NCBI GenBank assembly: GCA_951406725.2
Contig: OX597831.1
Location: forward strand, 71,052,001-71,116,000
DNA from: Octopus vulgaris
Lineage: Eukaryota
Direction: 5' to 3'
DNA: 64,000 nucleotides
The notes beneath the pieces were generated by a model. That model worked only from the letters and a program-made list of their open reading frames with translations. It searched no databases and was not told where the DNA came from. Below, in pieces: positions 40,938-55,706 of this stretch. A program made the position numbers and the translations under genes. The stretch's first letter is position 1; every line of letters starts with the position of its first letter.

Positions 40938-42233
40938 ATATAATAATATATACAGTATTTCATATTCTATGTCATGAAATGTGTGAAGCGTTATATTCAA
41001 AATTAGGCCAGCAATACATGAAATGTAAGTTCATTTCCTCAGAAGGCATTTTCATGTGTGTTGTGTAAAAGAATTATCTGTGGTAGATACATGTAGCCTC
41101 CCTATGGAGAGGTTTCCCTACTTTTTTGTCATTTACTCAGCAGCAATGAAGAGTTATGAGATAAAAGTTGACCTCATAAGCCCTTAGGTTTTCCTAAAAG
41201 GATTAGTTCTGTTAATGTTTATTTAGAAGAAAGATGATGGCTCCATAATAAGACTGCTACAGTTTATACATCAAGGTATTGGGTTCAAGAATTTGTTCCA
41301 ATTTTGTGATTTACCTTCTATGAATAAGTATAATTTTGTAATGTGGCATAGGCCTGAAAATTAAGTTGCTGACAGTTAATCTTACCAATATCTTTGAGCC
41401 TAATTCTGTATTTGTCATCATAATTTTATCTGCAACTTCCATATATCTGTTGTCTGGCTTTAAAAGGTCTCGTTAATGCTGATAATTATCATTTCCCATA
41501 GACATATAGATTTGGAGTAGAGATTATATGAGATTAAAAGCAACATCAGAACAAACCTAGTTTTTATTTTATATACATATTTACTCAAGAGACATTCAGG
41601 CCAAATCAGCTCCATCAAGATTAGATCTCAGAATGCAAAAAGACCAAATCAAATCCCACAAATTACTTAGTAAATAACTTCATTATTTCTGCTGATTCTT
41701 TCTCCTTTCAGCAACAACATCTGTAACAAAAACAACAACACTAATAATCGTACTTTCTAACACTACAAATTTGGGATAGGGGTATTTAAATATACTGATG
41801 CTAGTATATAACCAGTGCTTATTTTATGGGCTCTGAAAGGATGAAAAACAAGATTTTAGCTCACAATGTAGGCATAATCCAATGCTTTGCCATTTCTGCT
41901 ACCCAACAATTTCTCAATAATAATAACAATGACTATTTTATCATAGTCACAAAAGGTTATAACTTGTTATCATTTTACAAATAAAAGTAAAACATCAAGA
42001 GCAAATTTAATTGAAATTTTCGATCTTCATTCAAATTGTCAAGATTTGAATTTATATTGCTTTCTCCCCGAGGTCATTAGAAAAACAAATCTTTAAAGTT
42101 ATACAATTAATATTTTAATTCTAATGAAAAGTAGATAACTTTTTTATTCAAATTATTTTTTTGAAGAGATAATTGTTATTCCATGCTTTTAAACAAGAAA
42201 TTAACATTACAATTAGAATATAGTCCTTTATAA

Positions 42234-42425
42234 AGGTGGCAATCCGAGCGAAATGCTTAACAGTATTTTGTCTGCCTTTATGTTCCGAGTTCAAATTCTA
42301 CCAAGGTCAACTTTGCCTTTCATCTTTTTAGGGTCGATAAATTAAGTACCAGTTGTGAATTGGGGTCGATTTAATCCACTGCCCCCCCCCCCACAAAATT
42401 TCAGGCCTTGTGCCTCAAGTAGAAA
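42234..42425 (+). mobile_element. Family-B-type SINE with up to 19-bp TSD
   Basis: AGAATATAGTCCTTTATAA at 42215-42233 and 42426-42444. Confidence 0.9.
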
Positions 42426-45091
42426 AGAATATAGTCCTTTATAATTTGCTGTTACTTAACTGCCTCCAATTGTTGTTATTGTGTAGTCCCTAAGTCAGTT
42501 TCTGACAGAGCAAATTTAAGGCATAACAATTAACTAGATGAGACCCTCAAACCAGTTGTTTTCTTTGACCCTTTCAATATGTCAAATTATTAATCCTTTA
42601 ACCAGAATTCCAACTGTGACAATCTGCTGATCTTTTCTGCTATAACAGAAACTGCTTTATTCAATATATTCAATATATTCTTCAGTTTTCAAGAGTGGTC
42701 AAATTTGAAGGAAATTTGGTTTTTATTACTCCTAACTATGTGACCATATAGAATCTCCATTACTGACTCATAGTCCTCTTATAATTGTCTCCTGTGTACA
42801 GTATTCTTGTATAGGTTATTTGATAATATTTAACCTGCTAGCAATCATTATGTATGATGGTGAAGAGGATGGGGGCAGAGGTAACAGTGAGGATGATGGT
42901 GGTAGAAGTATCCAAGGATGGTATCCACCTAACTGAGGTTGTCCTATGCCTGATGAGTTTAACATAACACCAGACACAGTCCTGTAATCAGAACCAGAGT
43001 CCAGATCCAATTACAAGATTGATTGAATCTATTAATGATCTTTGCTCTGAAACTGAAAATAGGAATGGCTTCTACAGTTTTATTTGAAAGAGTTGAACTG
43101 AGTATTGCAAGCTAACACAGAATTTGCCAAAATGTAAAGTCTACCATTGTTTATAATTATATGTTCTTCCTATTTTATGGTACCTATTTATGGTTAAGTT
43201 AAACCAAGTCATTTAGATGTTCCTCCTTTCAGTAACAAAACCACCCATGACCACCTCTTCCATAATACAAAACCTTGTTTTAGTGTGTCCATACTCAAAC
43301 TAAAATCTATCATAATTTTGTGTAAGAAACTTTTGTTAACTTGTGTTGGAAATATCAGTTGAGTTAATTTACTATATCATTTCAAATCATTGATTATTTT
43401 CAAAACTAATTAAAACACATAGACACTGTATTTTATTGAAAATAGGGATCACTAAAGGGTTATGTGTGTTACTGACTGATGTAAAGCAGTATCAGTTACA
43501 GGATATTAACAAGAAAATTTTGATATGGTTATTTAGCATCATAATAACTCAGCTATCAGTTATTTCACAAGTAGTTGCAAGCAGCCTCAGAGTTTTGAAA
43601 GCAAAACTGTAATTTTTTCTTTTAATAAAGAAAATTGTTTAGCTTCACTGTCAAAATTAAACAAAATGGTTAATTTGTTGCACTGCAGGATTTATTTCTC
43701 TATAGGCTGAAAAAGATGGGGTTAATTTAACTTGTCTTCTTAGACATTGATCAGAAAAAGCATAGCCAACTTCTGTCCATTAAAAGATCAGTAGTTTAAT
43801 TATCTATAATGCATTTAAACTGCAACTCAACCAAATGGGTTTGTCTAATTTGCCTAACAGTATATGTGCTGACCATGTAGATTAATTCATTAATTTAGTG
43901 AGCAATACACAGATGTTTTGATATTTTTGCAATGATAGCTGTAAGCTAGTAATAATCTCTTCATAGACAAAACTGATTTCTTTCCTTGAGAAATATTTAA
44001 CAAGACTCAAAACTGGTCAAGCCAATTCCATTTCTTTCTATTTAAGAAGTGTTATAACCACACTGTTTAGTTTTTTTGTTTTTTTTTCAGTGAGGTGAAA
44101 AGTTGTATGTTTATAAAAAAGGAAATAAAATTATTAAAAACTGGTTATCTTACTTTTCATATCATCCAAAAATGCTTTATAATATAGGATGAATGAATTA
44201 AAATCTCAGGACCGTCTCCCTAAAGAAAGAATAATTGCATGGAATGTTGGGATGGGATGAAACAATAAATTATCCAGGGTAGAATGCAATAATTAAATAC
44301 TGGGTATCACCATTAGTCATCTACCTTCACTCACACACACTCTCAATTGCTAACTAGTTGTCATGACAACAAAAAGCAAATATCAAGTACTATAGTTGGC
44401 ACTATAAGCTATCAGCTACAATTTGCTGCTATAATATTTTTAACTGTTGTTGATAGTTCACTGTATTTTTTACTTGCTGTTTTTTTTTGTTTTAGCTTTG
44501 CTTTTTTTTTTATAAACTAGCCCGAACTTATCAAAGAACAAAAGAGCCTCAAAGGGGAAATAAATTTAATCTATGTCATGGATGGAATTCATAAAAAGAA
44601 TATTCCATCATTAAAATGCAAGTCACTAACATGGGGAAATTGAAGAAGAGAAAAACTTGAAACAGTTTATATATCATTTTAGTTGCATACAAAGATCTCT
44701 AGTTGTAGTCGACACTTTAATACAGAAATATATAAAAAAAGAACACCCACATATATATATATACATGAAAAATAAGCTAAAATACAAAAAGTATATTACC
44801 ATAATTAGTATTTAAGTCATATTACAACAAAGTTTTTTATTTTACTTTTTTGCTTTTCACCCCACTGTCTCTGTCTTATTAGGAAATTTGAAAAAAGAAA
44901 AAAAAAGTATTTTACAATGTAAGTTCTTGATGGGAAATACATAAAAATCAATATCAATACTGATTCCATTTTTAAGTGTTACATCTTTTGTTTATCTTTT
45001 TTCTTTATCTTTTGTTATATTCTACAAATTTAGAGTAAGTAATAGTATATTTCACTTTATTCTTACAATAACAGCAAAACATTAAAAAAAG

Positions 45092-45282
<191 letters not shown>

Positions 45283-45775
45283 GGTATGCAAATTAATTAT
45301 AGAAAATAGAGTTTGGTGGGGTGGGGTGGGGGAATCAGTTCAATGTTTATTTTCAATATAATATACAAAAGGTATTGATTCCTTTTAGCCAGACATAAAA
45401 CTGATTCTAACAAAGCTGGGGTATAGTAAATTGACTTAGTTGAAATGTGTTACTAGCATCTCTTTCACTGACTCTCACACCTAAAAGGATTTAAAACGAG
45501 TTGGACACCAACTTATTACTGGTACTTGTATCATTGACTGCTGAAAGTTTTCAAGGTGCCCCTAACCTCAGAAAACTGTCAACTTAGAATGCAGATGGAG
45601 GAGAGAGATACAGCAAATCGATGTTACAGCTTGCTAAGTTACTACTAACAGGGGAGATAGTTACAATGTTACAATTATGTAACAATTGACTGTAGGGATT
45701 GTTACGGTCAGTGTTATAGTAACAATTTACATTCAAACGTAACAGTTGTGTTACATTTGATAGTAAAAATTGTAG

Positions 45776-46163
45776 TGGAGGCGCAATGGCCCAGTGGTTA
45801 GGGCAGCGGACTCGCGGTCATAGGATCGCGGTTTCCATTCCCAGACCGGGCGTTGTGAGTGTTTATTGAGCGAAAACACCTAAAAGCTCCACGAGGCTCC
45901 GGCAGGGGATGGTGGTGATCCCTGCTGTACTCTTTCACCACAACTTTCTCTCACTCTTACTTCCTGTTTCTGTTGTACCTGTATTTCAAGGGGCCGGCCT
46001 TGTCACTCTCTGTGTCACGCTGAATATCCCCGAGAACTACGTTAAGGGTGCACGTGTCTGTGGAGTGCTCAGCCACTTACACATTAATTTCACGAGCAGG
46101 CTATTCCGTTGATTCGGATCAACCGGAACCCTCATCGTCGTAACCGATGGAGTGCTTCCACAC
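45776..46163 (+). mobile_element. SINE D head and body with an alternative 3' tail
   Basis: The first ~185 bp match family D. The tail instead matches ~48838-49015. Confidence 0.85.
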
Positions 46164-46389
46164 AATTGATGATAGGACTGCTAATAGTCAGTGTTATAAT
46201 TTTGTTGAAATTATGTTGAAGAATGTTATAGTCAGCATTACAATCACGTTATAATTGTGTTACATTTGTGTTACAATTGATCACAGGGATTATTTCAGCC
46301 AGAGTTACAATTCAGTAAGAATTGATGATGGTGATTGTTAGTCAGAGTTAAATTGCATTACAACTGATGGTAGATTTGTTAAGAGTCAT

Positions 46390-46774
46390 AGAGGTGGCTG
46401 TGTGGTAAGTAGCTTGCTTACCAGCCATATGGTTCCGGGTTCAGTCCCACTGCATGACACCTTGAGCAAGTGTCTTCTACTATAGCCTCGGGTCGACTAA
46501 AGCCTTGTGAGTGGATTTGGTAGACGGAAACTGAAAGAAGCCCATCGTATATATGTATATGTATATATATATGTGTGTGTCTGTGTTTGTCCCCCCAACA
46601 TCGCTTGACAACCAATGCTGGTGTGTTTACGTCCCCTTAACTTAGCGGTTCGGCAAAAGAGACCGATAGAATAAGTACTAGGCTTACAAAGAATAAGTCC
46701 AGGGGGCGATTTGTTCGACTAAAGGCGGTGCTCCAGCATGGCCACAGTCAAATGACTGAAACAAGTAAAAGAGT
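46390..46774 (+). mobile_element. SINE A
   Basis: Match to the family. Confidence 0.92.
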
Positions 46775-47544
46775 CATTGCTACAATCATGTTAAAATTGT
46801 GATAATTATGATACATATATATTAAAATTGTATTATAATTATGATACGATTGTGTTACACTTGATGGTAAAGATTGTTACCATCACTGTTACATAACATT
46901 TGTGTTACAGTTGTTAGCAGGGACTGATTCAGTTTGTGTTACAGCTGTTTTGCAACTGATGGTGAAGAATGTTTGTTATCAGAGCAAACAATCGATTAAA
47001 ACAATATATAAGAAAAGCGATTGAAACTGAGACATTATGTGTAGTTTATGTGCAAGACTTCAACAAGAATGATATCCAAAAATTTAAACTATAAATATCC
47101 ATTTTTACCTCTTTGATAAATATCACATTATGTAAAAAGAAGGTTTATTAATTTATACAAAAATGTACAGCAATAGATTGTATGGCTTCTACCTCTATTC
47201 TTATTCGAATTTAAACAATTGTTTACTATATGATTTCTCACAGTTATCTTAAATATATGCATACGTTTACACATGCTCACACAACACACATACATACAAC
47301 ACAAACACATACAACTCCCACACACATAACAGTTGCAGTATTTTTATGTCTGTTCTATGGGATATTTTGTTTCGACATAGTTTCTACACATATATATATA
47401 TGTACATACATGCATAAGTATGTATGTACACACATATAACATACACACACACATGCACACACACACACATGCACACACACATGCATACAGGATGCATTAA
47501 TGAAGTTGAGGCTTCAAGAAGTTGCGAAAGAGACAGACGCTTCA

Positions 47545-47611
47545 TGTGTGTGTGTGTGTTTGTGTGTTTGTGTGTGTGTTTGTTTGTGTGTGTGTGTTTG
47601 TGCGTGTGTCT

Positions 47612-47652
<41 letters not shown>

Positions 47653-47776
47653 TGTGTGTGTGTCTGTGTGTGTGTTTGTGTGTGTGTGTGTCTGTGTGTG
47701 TGTCTGTGTGTGTGTTTGTGTGTGTGCATGTGTCTGTGTGTGTGTGCGTGTGTGTATGTGTGCGCGTGTGTGTCTG
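47545..47776. repeat. (TG)n compound microsatellite
   Basis: Direct reading. Confidence 0.96.
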
Positions 47777-48442
47777 TCTCATTGATACCCCAACATCAAC
47801 TCTAATGTAACCACACCAAACTATAAAAATAGATGAATAAATAAATAAATAAAAAAGTAAATACATAAACAAATAAACAAATAAATAAATAAATAAATAA
47901 AGCCACTTTGCATTAATGAAACTCATAAACAACAATTTCTGCTATTTATCATACCAAACCTACCTCACCAGATAGTAGCCAAGTGTCTGATATTTTCTCT
48001 ATTTAATTGCATTTTTTGACCAAACAACTTTATGTAGTAATCACCCCAGCCCACTTATATTCATACAAACTCATACGAAAATACTAACTATAACTGGATT
48101 GCCCAACAAGACATACTCACATACACTCACTGATATGCATGCACACATACACACACACATGTACGTGTGTACACTCACACAGACACACACACATGTATGC
48201 ACACACACACACACACATGCATACACACACAATTCCTCTAAGTATACTGCCTCCACTACCCAATTATAGAGAACCTCCACTTTTTTTTATTTTCACTTTC
48301 TGATGATTCCAGATAAGGATAAAACTAATAGTCATTGTGTGACCTTCACCTTCCAATAATCACAATATAGCATATTCTACAGAGGAATTGAATCATCTCT
48401 AACTTAGAGGTACTATTTAGTATACGCTATGTATTATTTGTG

Positions 48443-48701
48443 AGACACATGGCTTAGTGGCTACAATATTTGGCTCACTGGCCTTGACTGGCTTCCATGC
48501 TGGTGGCACGTAAAAAACACCCACTACACTCACAGAGTGGTTGGCGTTAGGAAGGGCATCCAGCTGTAGAATCACTGCCAGATCAGACTGGAGCCTGATG
48601 CAGCCTCCTGGCTTCCCAGACCCTGGTCAAACCATCCAACTAATGCTAGCTTGGAAAACGGACGTTAAACGATGATGATGATGATGACGATCATGACGAT
48701 C

Positions 48702-48736
<35 letters not shown>

Positions 48737-49017
48737 GATTAAGTCATGGGTTTGCTTCCAGGCAGTTCATTGTGTCCTTGAGCAAGACACTTCATTTCAT
48801 ATGCCTCCAGTTCATTTAGCTGGCAAAAATGAATAGCACCTGTATTTCAATGGGGCTAGCCTTTTCACATCCTGTGTCATGCTGAATCTCAACAAGAACT
48901 ACATTAAGGGTATATCCATGCTATACTCAGCCACTTGCATGCTAATTTCATGAGCAGGCTGTCCCATTGATCAGATTAACTGTAACCCTCAGTATCATAA
49001 CTAATAGAGTGCCAGTT
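48443..49017 (+). mobile_element. Old tRNA-SINE (family F) interrupted by an RTE-1 3' end (48481-48735)
   Basis: The head CATGGCTTAGTGG resumes after the GAT tail with TTGTGTCCTTGAGCAAGACACT. A related copy lies at 49822-50030. Confidence 0.72.
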
Positions 49018-49737
49018 GTATTATTATACATGTAAATATGCTCTCATGCCTGCATACATATATGTATGCTTGCATACATACATATACACTTACATACATG
49101 TACACTTACATACATGTACGCTTGTATATACGCATGCATACATGTATAATTTATAATTGAAAGGTTCATTATGACTTGCAAGAAGCTTCAAGAAGATAAC
49201 TACTTTTAGAATAATCAGCATTTAGGATGTGAACTTTAGAAGCAACTTTGATGTCTCCTAGATAAAACATCTTGCGAGTTGTAAGTAATATTTCACATTT
49301 AAAAAACACATTCTGCCTTCAAATACATTGGTATTATTTGATGTTCAGAACCTTACCTATATGAATAAGGGCACCTGCATTACAATATATGGATGAATAA
49401 TATGTGTATATATATATATATATATATTAATCTTAATTAAAATCTTAGGGTAGCAAGAATATTCATAGAAAAATTCTTAGTTACCTGTGGTCTAGCGAGA
49501 AAGAAAAAATTAGTCAATAGATTATATATTATTCAGAGAAGAATACAGTGTACGTTCAAACACAAAAGAGATACCTGAAAAATAGGATATCTGACTCGCT
49601 AGAAAGAGCAGTTAAAACTCCAAGCCACCAATTGTTGTAATTCCGAAAGTGATTGAAAAATAAAGACTTTTACCTTAATCCTAGACCCTGCAAGGTTTCT
49701 GCAAAGTTTCATATATATATATAGATAGATATGTATG

Positions 49738-49777
<40 letters not shown>

Positions 49778-50486
49778 TATATAAATATAAGTAAAGTTAA
49801 TATAAAATATTTATGTATTGGGAAACCTCATGGCTTAGTGGTTAGGGTGTTGCACTCATAATCATAAGATTGTGGTTTCAATTCCTGGACCAGGCAGTGC
49901 ATTGTATCTTGAGCAAAGCATTTTACTCTTTGTTTTTCCAGTTCACTCAGCTGGCAAAGATGAATGGTCTTGCAATAAACTAGCATCCCATCCAGGAGGA
50001 ATATATATGCCACAGAATTGAGGAGATAAACCTCATGAGCTTATGACTCAGGGAAGACCTTTGATGTATGTATGTATCATTAGTCATATAGCTAAGGACT
50101 CTGCAAAACAAAAAGGTACCCAAGGTACTTACTTGAAGGCAGAGTATATTACCATTTTTATATATATATTTATATATGGCAAGAAGAAAATGGAGGGAAT
50201 CCAGAGGTAGTATTCATCAGCTGTTAGACATTATATTATGTTTATTTATTTTAAACAGTTCAGATAATAATATGTACATGTGTAAAGTTTTAATAATATC
50301 TAAAATAGAGAAAGAAGAGCAATTTCTTACAGCTGTTTCAGCCAAGAGGTCACAGTACCCCATATGTTATTTCCTGGATTCACAACCTCTAACTTTCTTT
50401 GAATTATATATATTTATCTGTATATTTACCTTCCCTAAGATGTTACTAATTGATTTGAGAACTTTATATTATTGGAAAACCTATAT

Positions 50487-50580
50487 AAAATTAGCTGAAG
50501 ATTACTCGACATATTATATCTGCTGTAATATTTACAGCTTTTGATAAAATGTTATAGTATGAAACAATTGTACTAAATTA
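50487..50580 (+). ncRNA. Type I hammerhead ribozyme-like motif with long stem II
   Basis: UUAG-CUGAAGA(50495-50501)-stem II-GAAA(50561-50564)-CAAUUG-UA-CUAA. Confidence 0.75.
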
Positions 50581-50910
50581 CCGGATCCATTCTTGTTGCT
50601 TATTTTTTATTATATATATATATGATGGACTCTTCTGTCGAAGACGACATATGAGCATTCAGCTTGCCAAGTGACCTACATAAATGATTTGCTTATAGTG
50701 ATCAAATGTTCATGCCACACATTAGCTCACCTGTCCCTCCATCAAATCAATGTTGTCTAAACAGGTGCACTGTGTACCCTTCATCAGGTGTCGAAGTGAT
50801 AATTAGAGCAATGTGTGATAAAAGTATTTTGCTCAAGAACACAACACACCATCTGGTCTAGGAATTGAAGCCACAATCTTGTAGTGATGAGTACAACACC
50901 CTAGCCACTA

Positions 50911-51129
50911 AAGATTCGAGCGAGGTCATTGCCAGTACCGCCTGACTGGCCCCCGTGCCGGTGGCATGTTAAAGCACCCACTGCACTCTCAGAGTGGTTG
51001 GCGTTAGGAAGGGCTTCCAGCTGTAGAAACTCTGCCAGATCAAGATTGGAGCTTGGTGCAGCCATCTGGTTCGCCAGCCCTCAGTCAAACTGTCAAACCC
51101 ATGCTAGCATGGAAAGCGGACATTAAACA

Positions 51130-51163
<34 letters not shown>
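50911..51163 (+). mobile_element. RTE-1-related 3' end with (GAT)n tail
   Basis: UTR match. Confidence 0.85.
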
Positions 51164-51164
<1 letters not shown>

Positions 51165-51543
51165 ATATATATATATATACTTTAGTATGCATATACAAGT
51201 GTATACACACAGATACACATGTGCAGGTATGGCCGTTCCAGTACTGAGCTTGTTCACAGACAGGACTCAAATGATGTCCTATCTGCATGTGGATGTCTTC
51301 ACATAATACCATCTGCGCAAAATGATAATGTCATATTTCTCTACCTATGTATCTAATACATTCTGTAGCTCAGCATTTTCTATGGCAAAGCAAATCTATC
51401 CCTTAATGAAAAACAAACAATTGACAACAGGTAGAGCATCAATTCATTAAAAAAACTGCCTCAATAAGTCCCCATAAAACTCATACCATCATAGAAAAAT
51501 GGATGTAAAATGAAAAAAACAAATAAACTAACACATGTTAGTT

Positions 51544-51966
51544 AGGCGCAGGAGTGACTGTGTGGTAAGTAGCTTGCTAACCAACCACATGGTTCCGGGT
51601 TCAGTCCCACTGCGTGGCATCTTGGGCAAGTGTCTTCTGCTATAGCCCCGGGTCGACCAATGCCTTGTGAGTGGATTTGCTAGATGGAAACTGAAAGAAG
51701 CCTGTCGTATATATGTATATATATATATATATATATGTATGCGTGTGTATATGTTTGTGTGTCTGTGTTTGTCCCCCTAGCATTGCTTGACAACCAATGC
51801 TGGTGTGTTTACGTCCCCGTCACTTAGCGGTTCGGCAAAAGAGACTGATAGAATAAGTACTGGGCTTACAAAGAATAATTCCCGGCGTCGATCTACTCGA
51901 CTAAAGGCGGTGCTCCAGCATGGCCACAGTCAAATGACTGAAATAAGTAAAAGAGTGAAAGAGAGT
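51544..51966 (+). mobile_element. SINE A
   Basis: Full-length match. Confidence 0.93.
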
Positions 51967-52534
51967 ATGTACATGAAAATCCTTGACATAAAATGCTCCT
52001 CATCTTCACATCATTCTGTCAATTCCTGATTCCAGCACCCAAACACTGATAATGAATTAGTTGCACATAGCTATCAACATATGCAACAAATTTAAAAAGC
52101 TGATTGTTCAAATATCTCCGATAACTTTCACTTTCAAAAGTGCATTCAACCAATGAACAGACCATTGGAGCCAAGTCAAATAGACAGATATACTGTCTGA
52201 GCAACAGAGACAAACTTTTCTGAACTATGATTTTGACATCTTCATTGCTTTTTTTAATCCTTGAATGTATGCAATTAAAAAAAAGATTTTTAAAAATGTG
52301 TTATTCTGAAGTTCCAGATTGTTCTGAATATCCAATTTTTTTTTTTTTTTCAAGAATGAGGTGTGCGTGCATGTATATGTATGTGTGCGTAATATATGTT
52401 TGTATTTGTGTGAGTGTGTGTGTGGAAAGAAGCTATAAAACATAAAGTAAATCAGAGGGACAAGAAAATGTGAATGAAAGAGCAATGGAAAGAATCAAAG
52501 AGAAAAACAAAGTGACAGAGAAGGAGGGAGAGGA

Positions 52535-53095
<561 letters not shown>

Positions 53096-53397
53096 TGGAC
53101 TAACGGATAAGCATTCATCAGATGTACAGATATTTGAGAAACATACTGAAATGGATGAGAATATGAAAGGAAATGAGCATGAAGAGTGAGAAAGAAGTAA
53201 GTAATGAAAGAAGAGCAAAAGCAGAAGATGTGGAGTTTGATGAAGAGTTTGATGAAGAGAGAGAGACGTCAGTGAGAGCATGACTTTTTGTGAACCACAA
53301 GTTTTTGTCATTTTTATTGTAATCATCAGATTAAAGATAATAGATGGATAAATGGCTGGATCAATTGATTAATTGATAAATAGATACATGGTTAAAT

Positions 53398-53477
<80 letters not shown>

Positions 53478-53588
53478 ATAGAGAAAGAGAGTGTGTGCGT
53501 GTGTTAGTGTGTGATAGATAAGGAGATTGATAAACTGATAGGTAGATAGATAGAGAGAGAGAGAGAAAGATCAACAGACAGACAGACT

Positions 53589-53622
<34 letters not shown>

Positions 53623-53715
53623 TAGATAGATAGATAGATTAAGAGAGAGAGAGAGAGAGAGATAGAGAGATAGATTTATAGATAGACAGACAGACAGACA
53701 GACAGCCAGATAGAC

Positions 53716-53788
<73 letters not shown>

Positions 53789-53847
53789 GGCAGGCAGGCA
53801 GGCAGGCAGGCAGACAGACAGACAGGCAGGCAGACAGACAGATAGAG

Positions 53848-53935
<88 letters not shown>

Positions 53936-53936
53936 G
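53398..53936. repeat. (GA)/(GT)/(GACA)/(GATA)n compound microsatellite
   Basis: Direct reading. Confidence 0.95.
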
Positions 53937-54632
53937 CAGTCCGACAGACAGTGAAAGGAAAAGAGCCACGACTGAATATAAAGTATGAAAGACAGAAATA
54001 GCTATATGAATGGACAAAGAGAGAGAGAAAGAGAGAAAGAAAGAGATAACAATATTAATAGGGAGAGAGAGACAGACAGAGAGAGAGAGAGACAGAGAGA
54101 GGGACAGAGAACTGTATGAATAGACAGAGAAAAAGAGAAAGACAAATAGCTATACGAATGAAGAGAGAGAAAGAGAGAGAGAGCGTATGTGTTGTACAGC
54201 TGGTCAGCCAACTGATTTGGACAGCAGTAGATGCTCTGTTGATTTCTTCGGATACATGTACAATGCTGGCTATTGATCTGACAGTAAAACCAACAGCAAA
54301 CCTATTTGTAATCTTGCCATAATAGGATTATCTTCTGTCTAATCTCATTACTTTCATTTGTTTCAATCAGCTTTACTATCAATTACTTACACACTGGTTG
54401 ACTGATTGATAGATAGGCAGACAGACAAACAGAGAGAGAGAGAGGGGGGGATGGACAGAAAGATAGGTATATATATATAGAGAGAGAGAGATTGATAGAG
54501 AGAGGTGAGAATGACATGTGCACGCGTGTGTGTGTGTGTCTGTGTGTCTGTGTGTGTAAAGTAGAAGAAACTAAAGTTCTGCAGCAACATCATGTTGAGA
54601 AGATAGAGAGAGGGAAGAGACAGAGTAGGAGA

Positions 54633-54666
<34 letters not shown>

Positions 54667-54758
54667 AAGAGAGAGAGAGTAGTGAGAGAGAGTAGGAAAT
54701 TGTGAAGGAAATAGTGTGATAAACAGAAGAAACTGAAACTCTGAATCAGCTTAGCAAC

Positions 54759-54803
<45 letters not shown>

Positions 54804-54815
54804 TATATACATATA

Positions 54816-54847
<32 letters not shown>

Positions 54848-54932
54848 CATACATACATACGCATATATATGCAACGTATGTATATATATATATATATGTA
54901 CATATATACATACACATGACATTCATATATAT

Positions 54933-54973
<41 letters not shown>

Positions 54974-55403
54974 CATATGTGCATACATATACACACACAC
55001 ACATGCATACACACACACATATATATGTATGTATGTATGTATGTACATGTGTGTGTGTGTGCTTGTATATAATGTGTTCTGATAGGACAAACACTTTGTG
55101 TAAAGGGTAGAATTTCGGTGTATTTCTAATGCAGCATCCAACACAAGCTCCTGGCTAGCTACCCTCTCTTAAAGGAAAGTTTAACTCCACTGATAAAAGA
55201 CCTCCGGGTACCTCACTGGTAAGACCAGTGTGTAAGTATTTTGAAGAGTAACATAAAGACAAACAAAACACAAAGAAGGAATTCAGAACAACCATCGTAT
55301 CGTATTCATTATAAATGTTTCTAAATCACTCTTGAGTAGTGAAGAAACAATCATGACAAATATTTTACTGTTGCCATAGATTCATTCTTCATCTTCCTAC
55401 TTT

Positions 55404-55674
55404 GGTGCAGGCATGGCTATGTGGTAAGATGCTTGCTTCCCAACCACGTGGTTCTTGGTTCAGTCCCACTGTGTGGCACCTTGAGCAAGTGTCACAAAAA
55501 AGCAACCATTGCACTCTCAGAATGGTTGGCATTAGGAAGGGCATCCAGCCATAGAAAACCATGCCAAGTCAGACTAGATTCTGGTGCAACCTTCCAGTGT
55601 GCCAGCCCAGTTAAACTGTCCAACCCATCCATGCCAGCATGGGCGACAGACGTTAAATGATGATGGTGATGATG

Positions 55675-55706
<32 letters not shown>

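Noticed and set aside
42950-42990. CTGATGA words here and at 20357, 28231, 50781(-) and 53115(-)
   Set aside because: No correctly placed stem II, GAAA and UH.
45776-45850. tRNA gene
   Set aside because: It is the tRNA-derived head of a multi-copy SINE and continues into SINE body.
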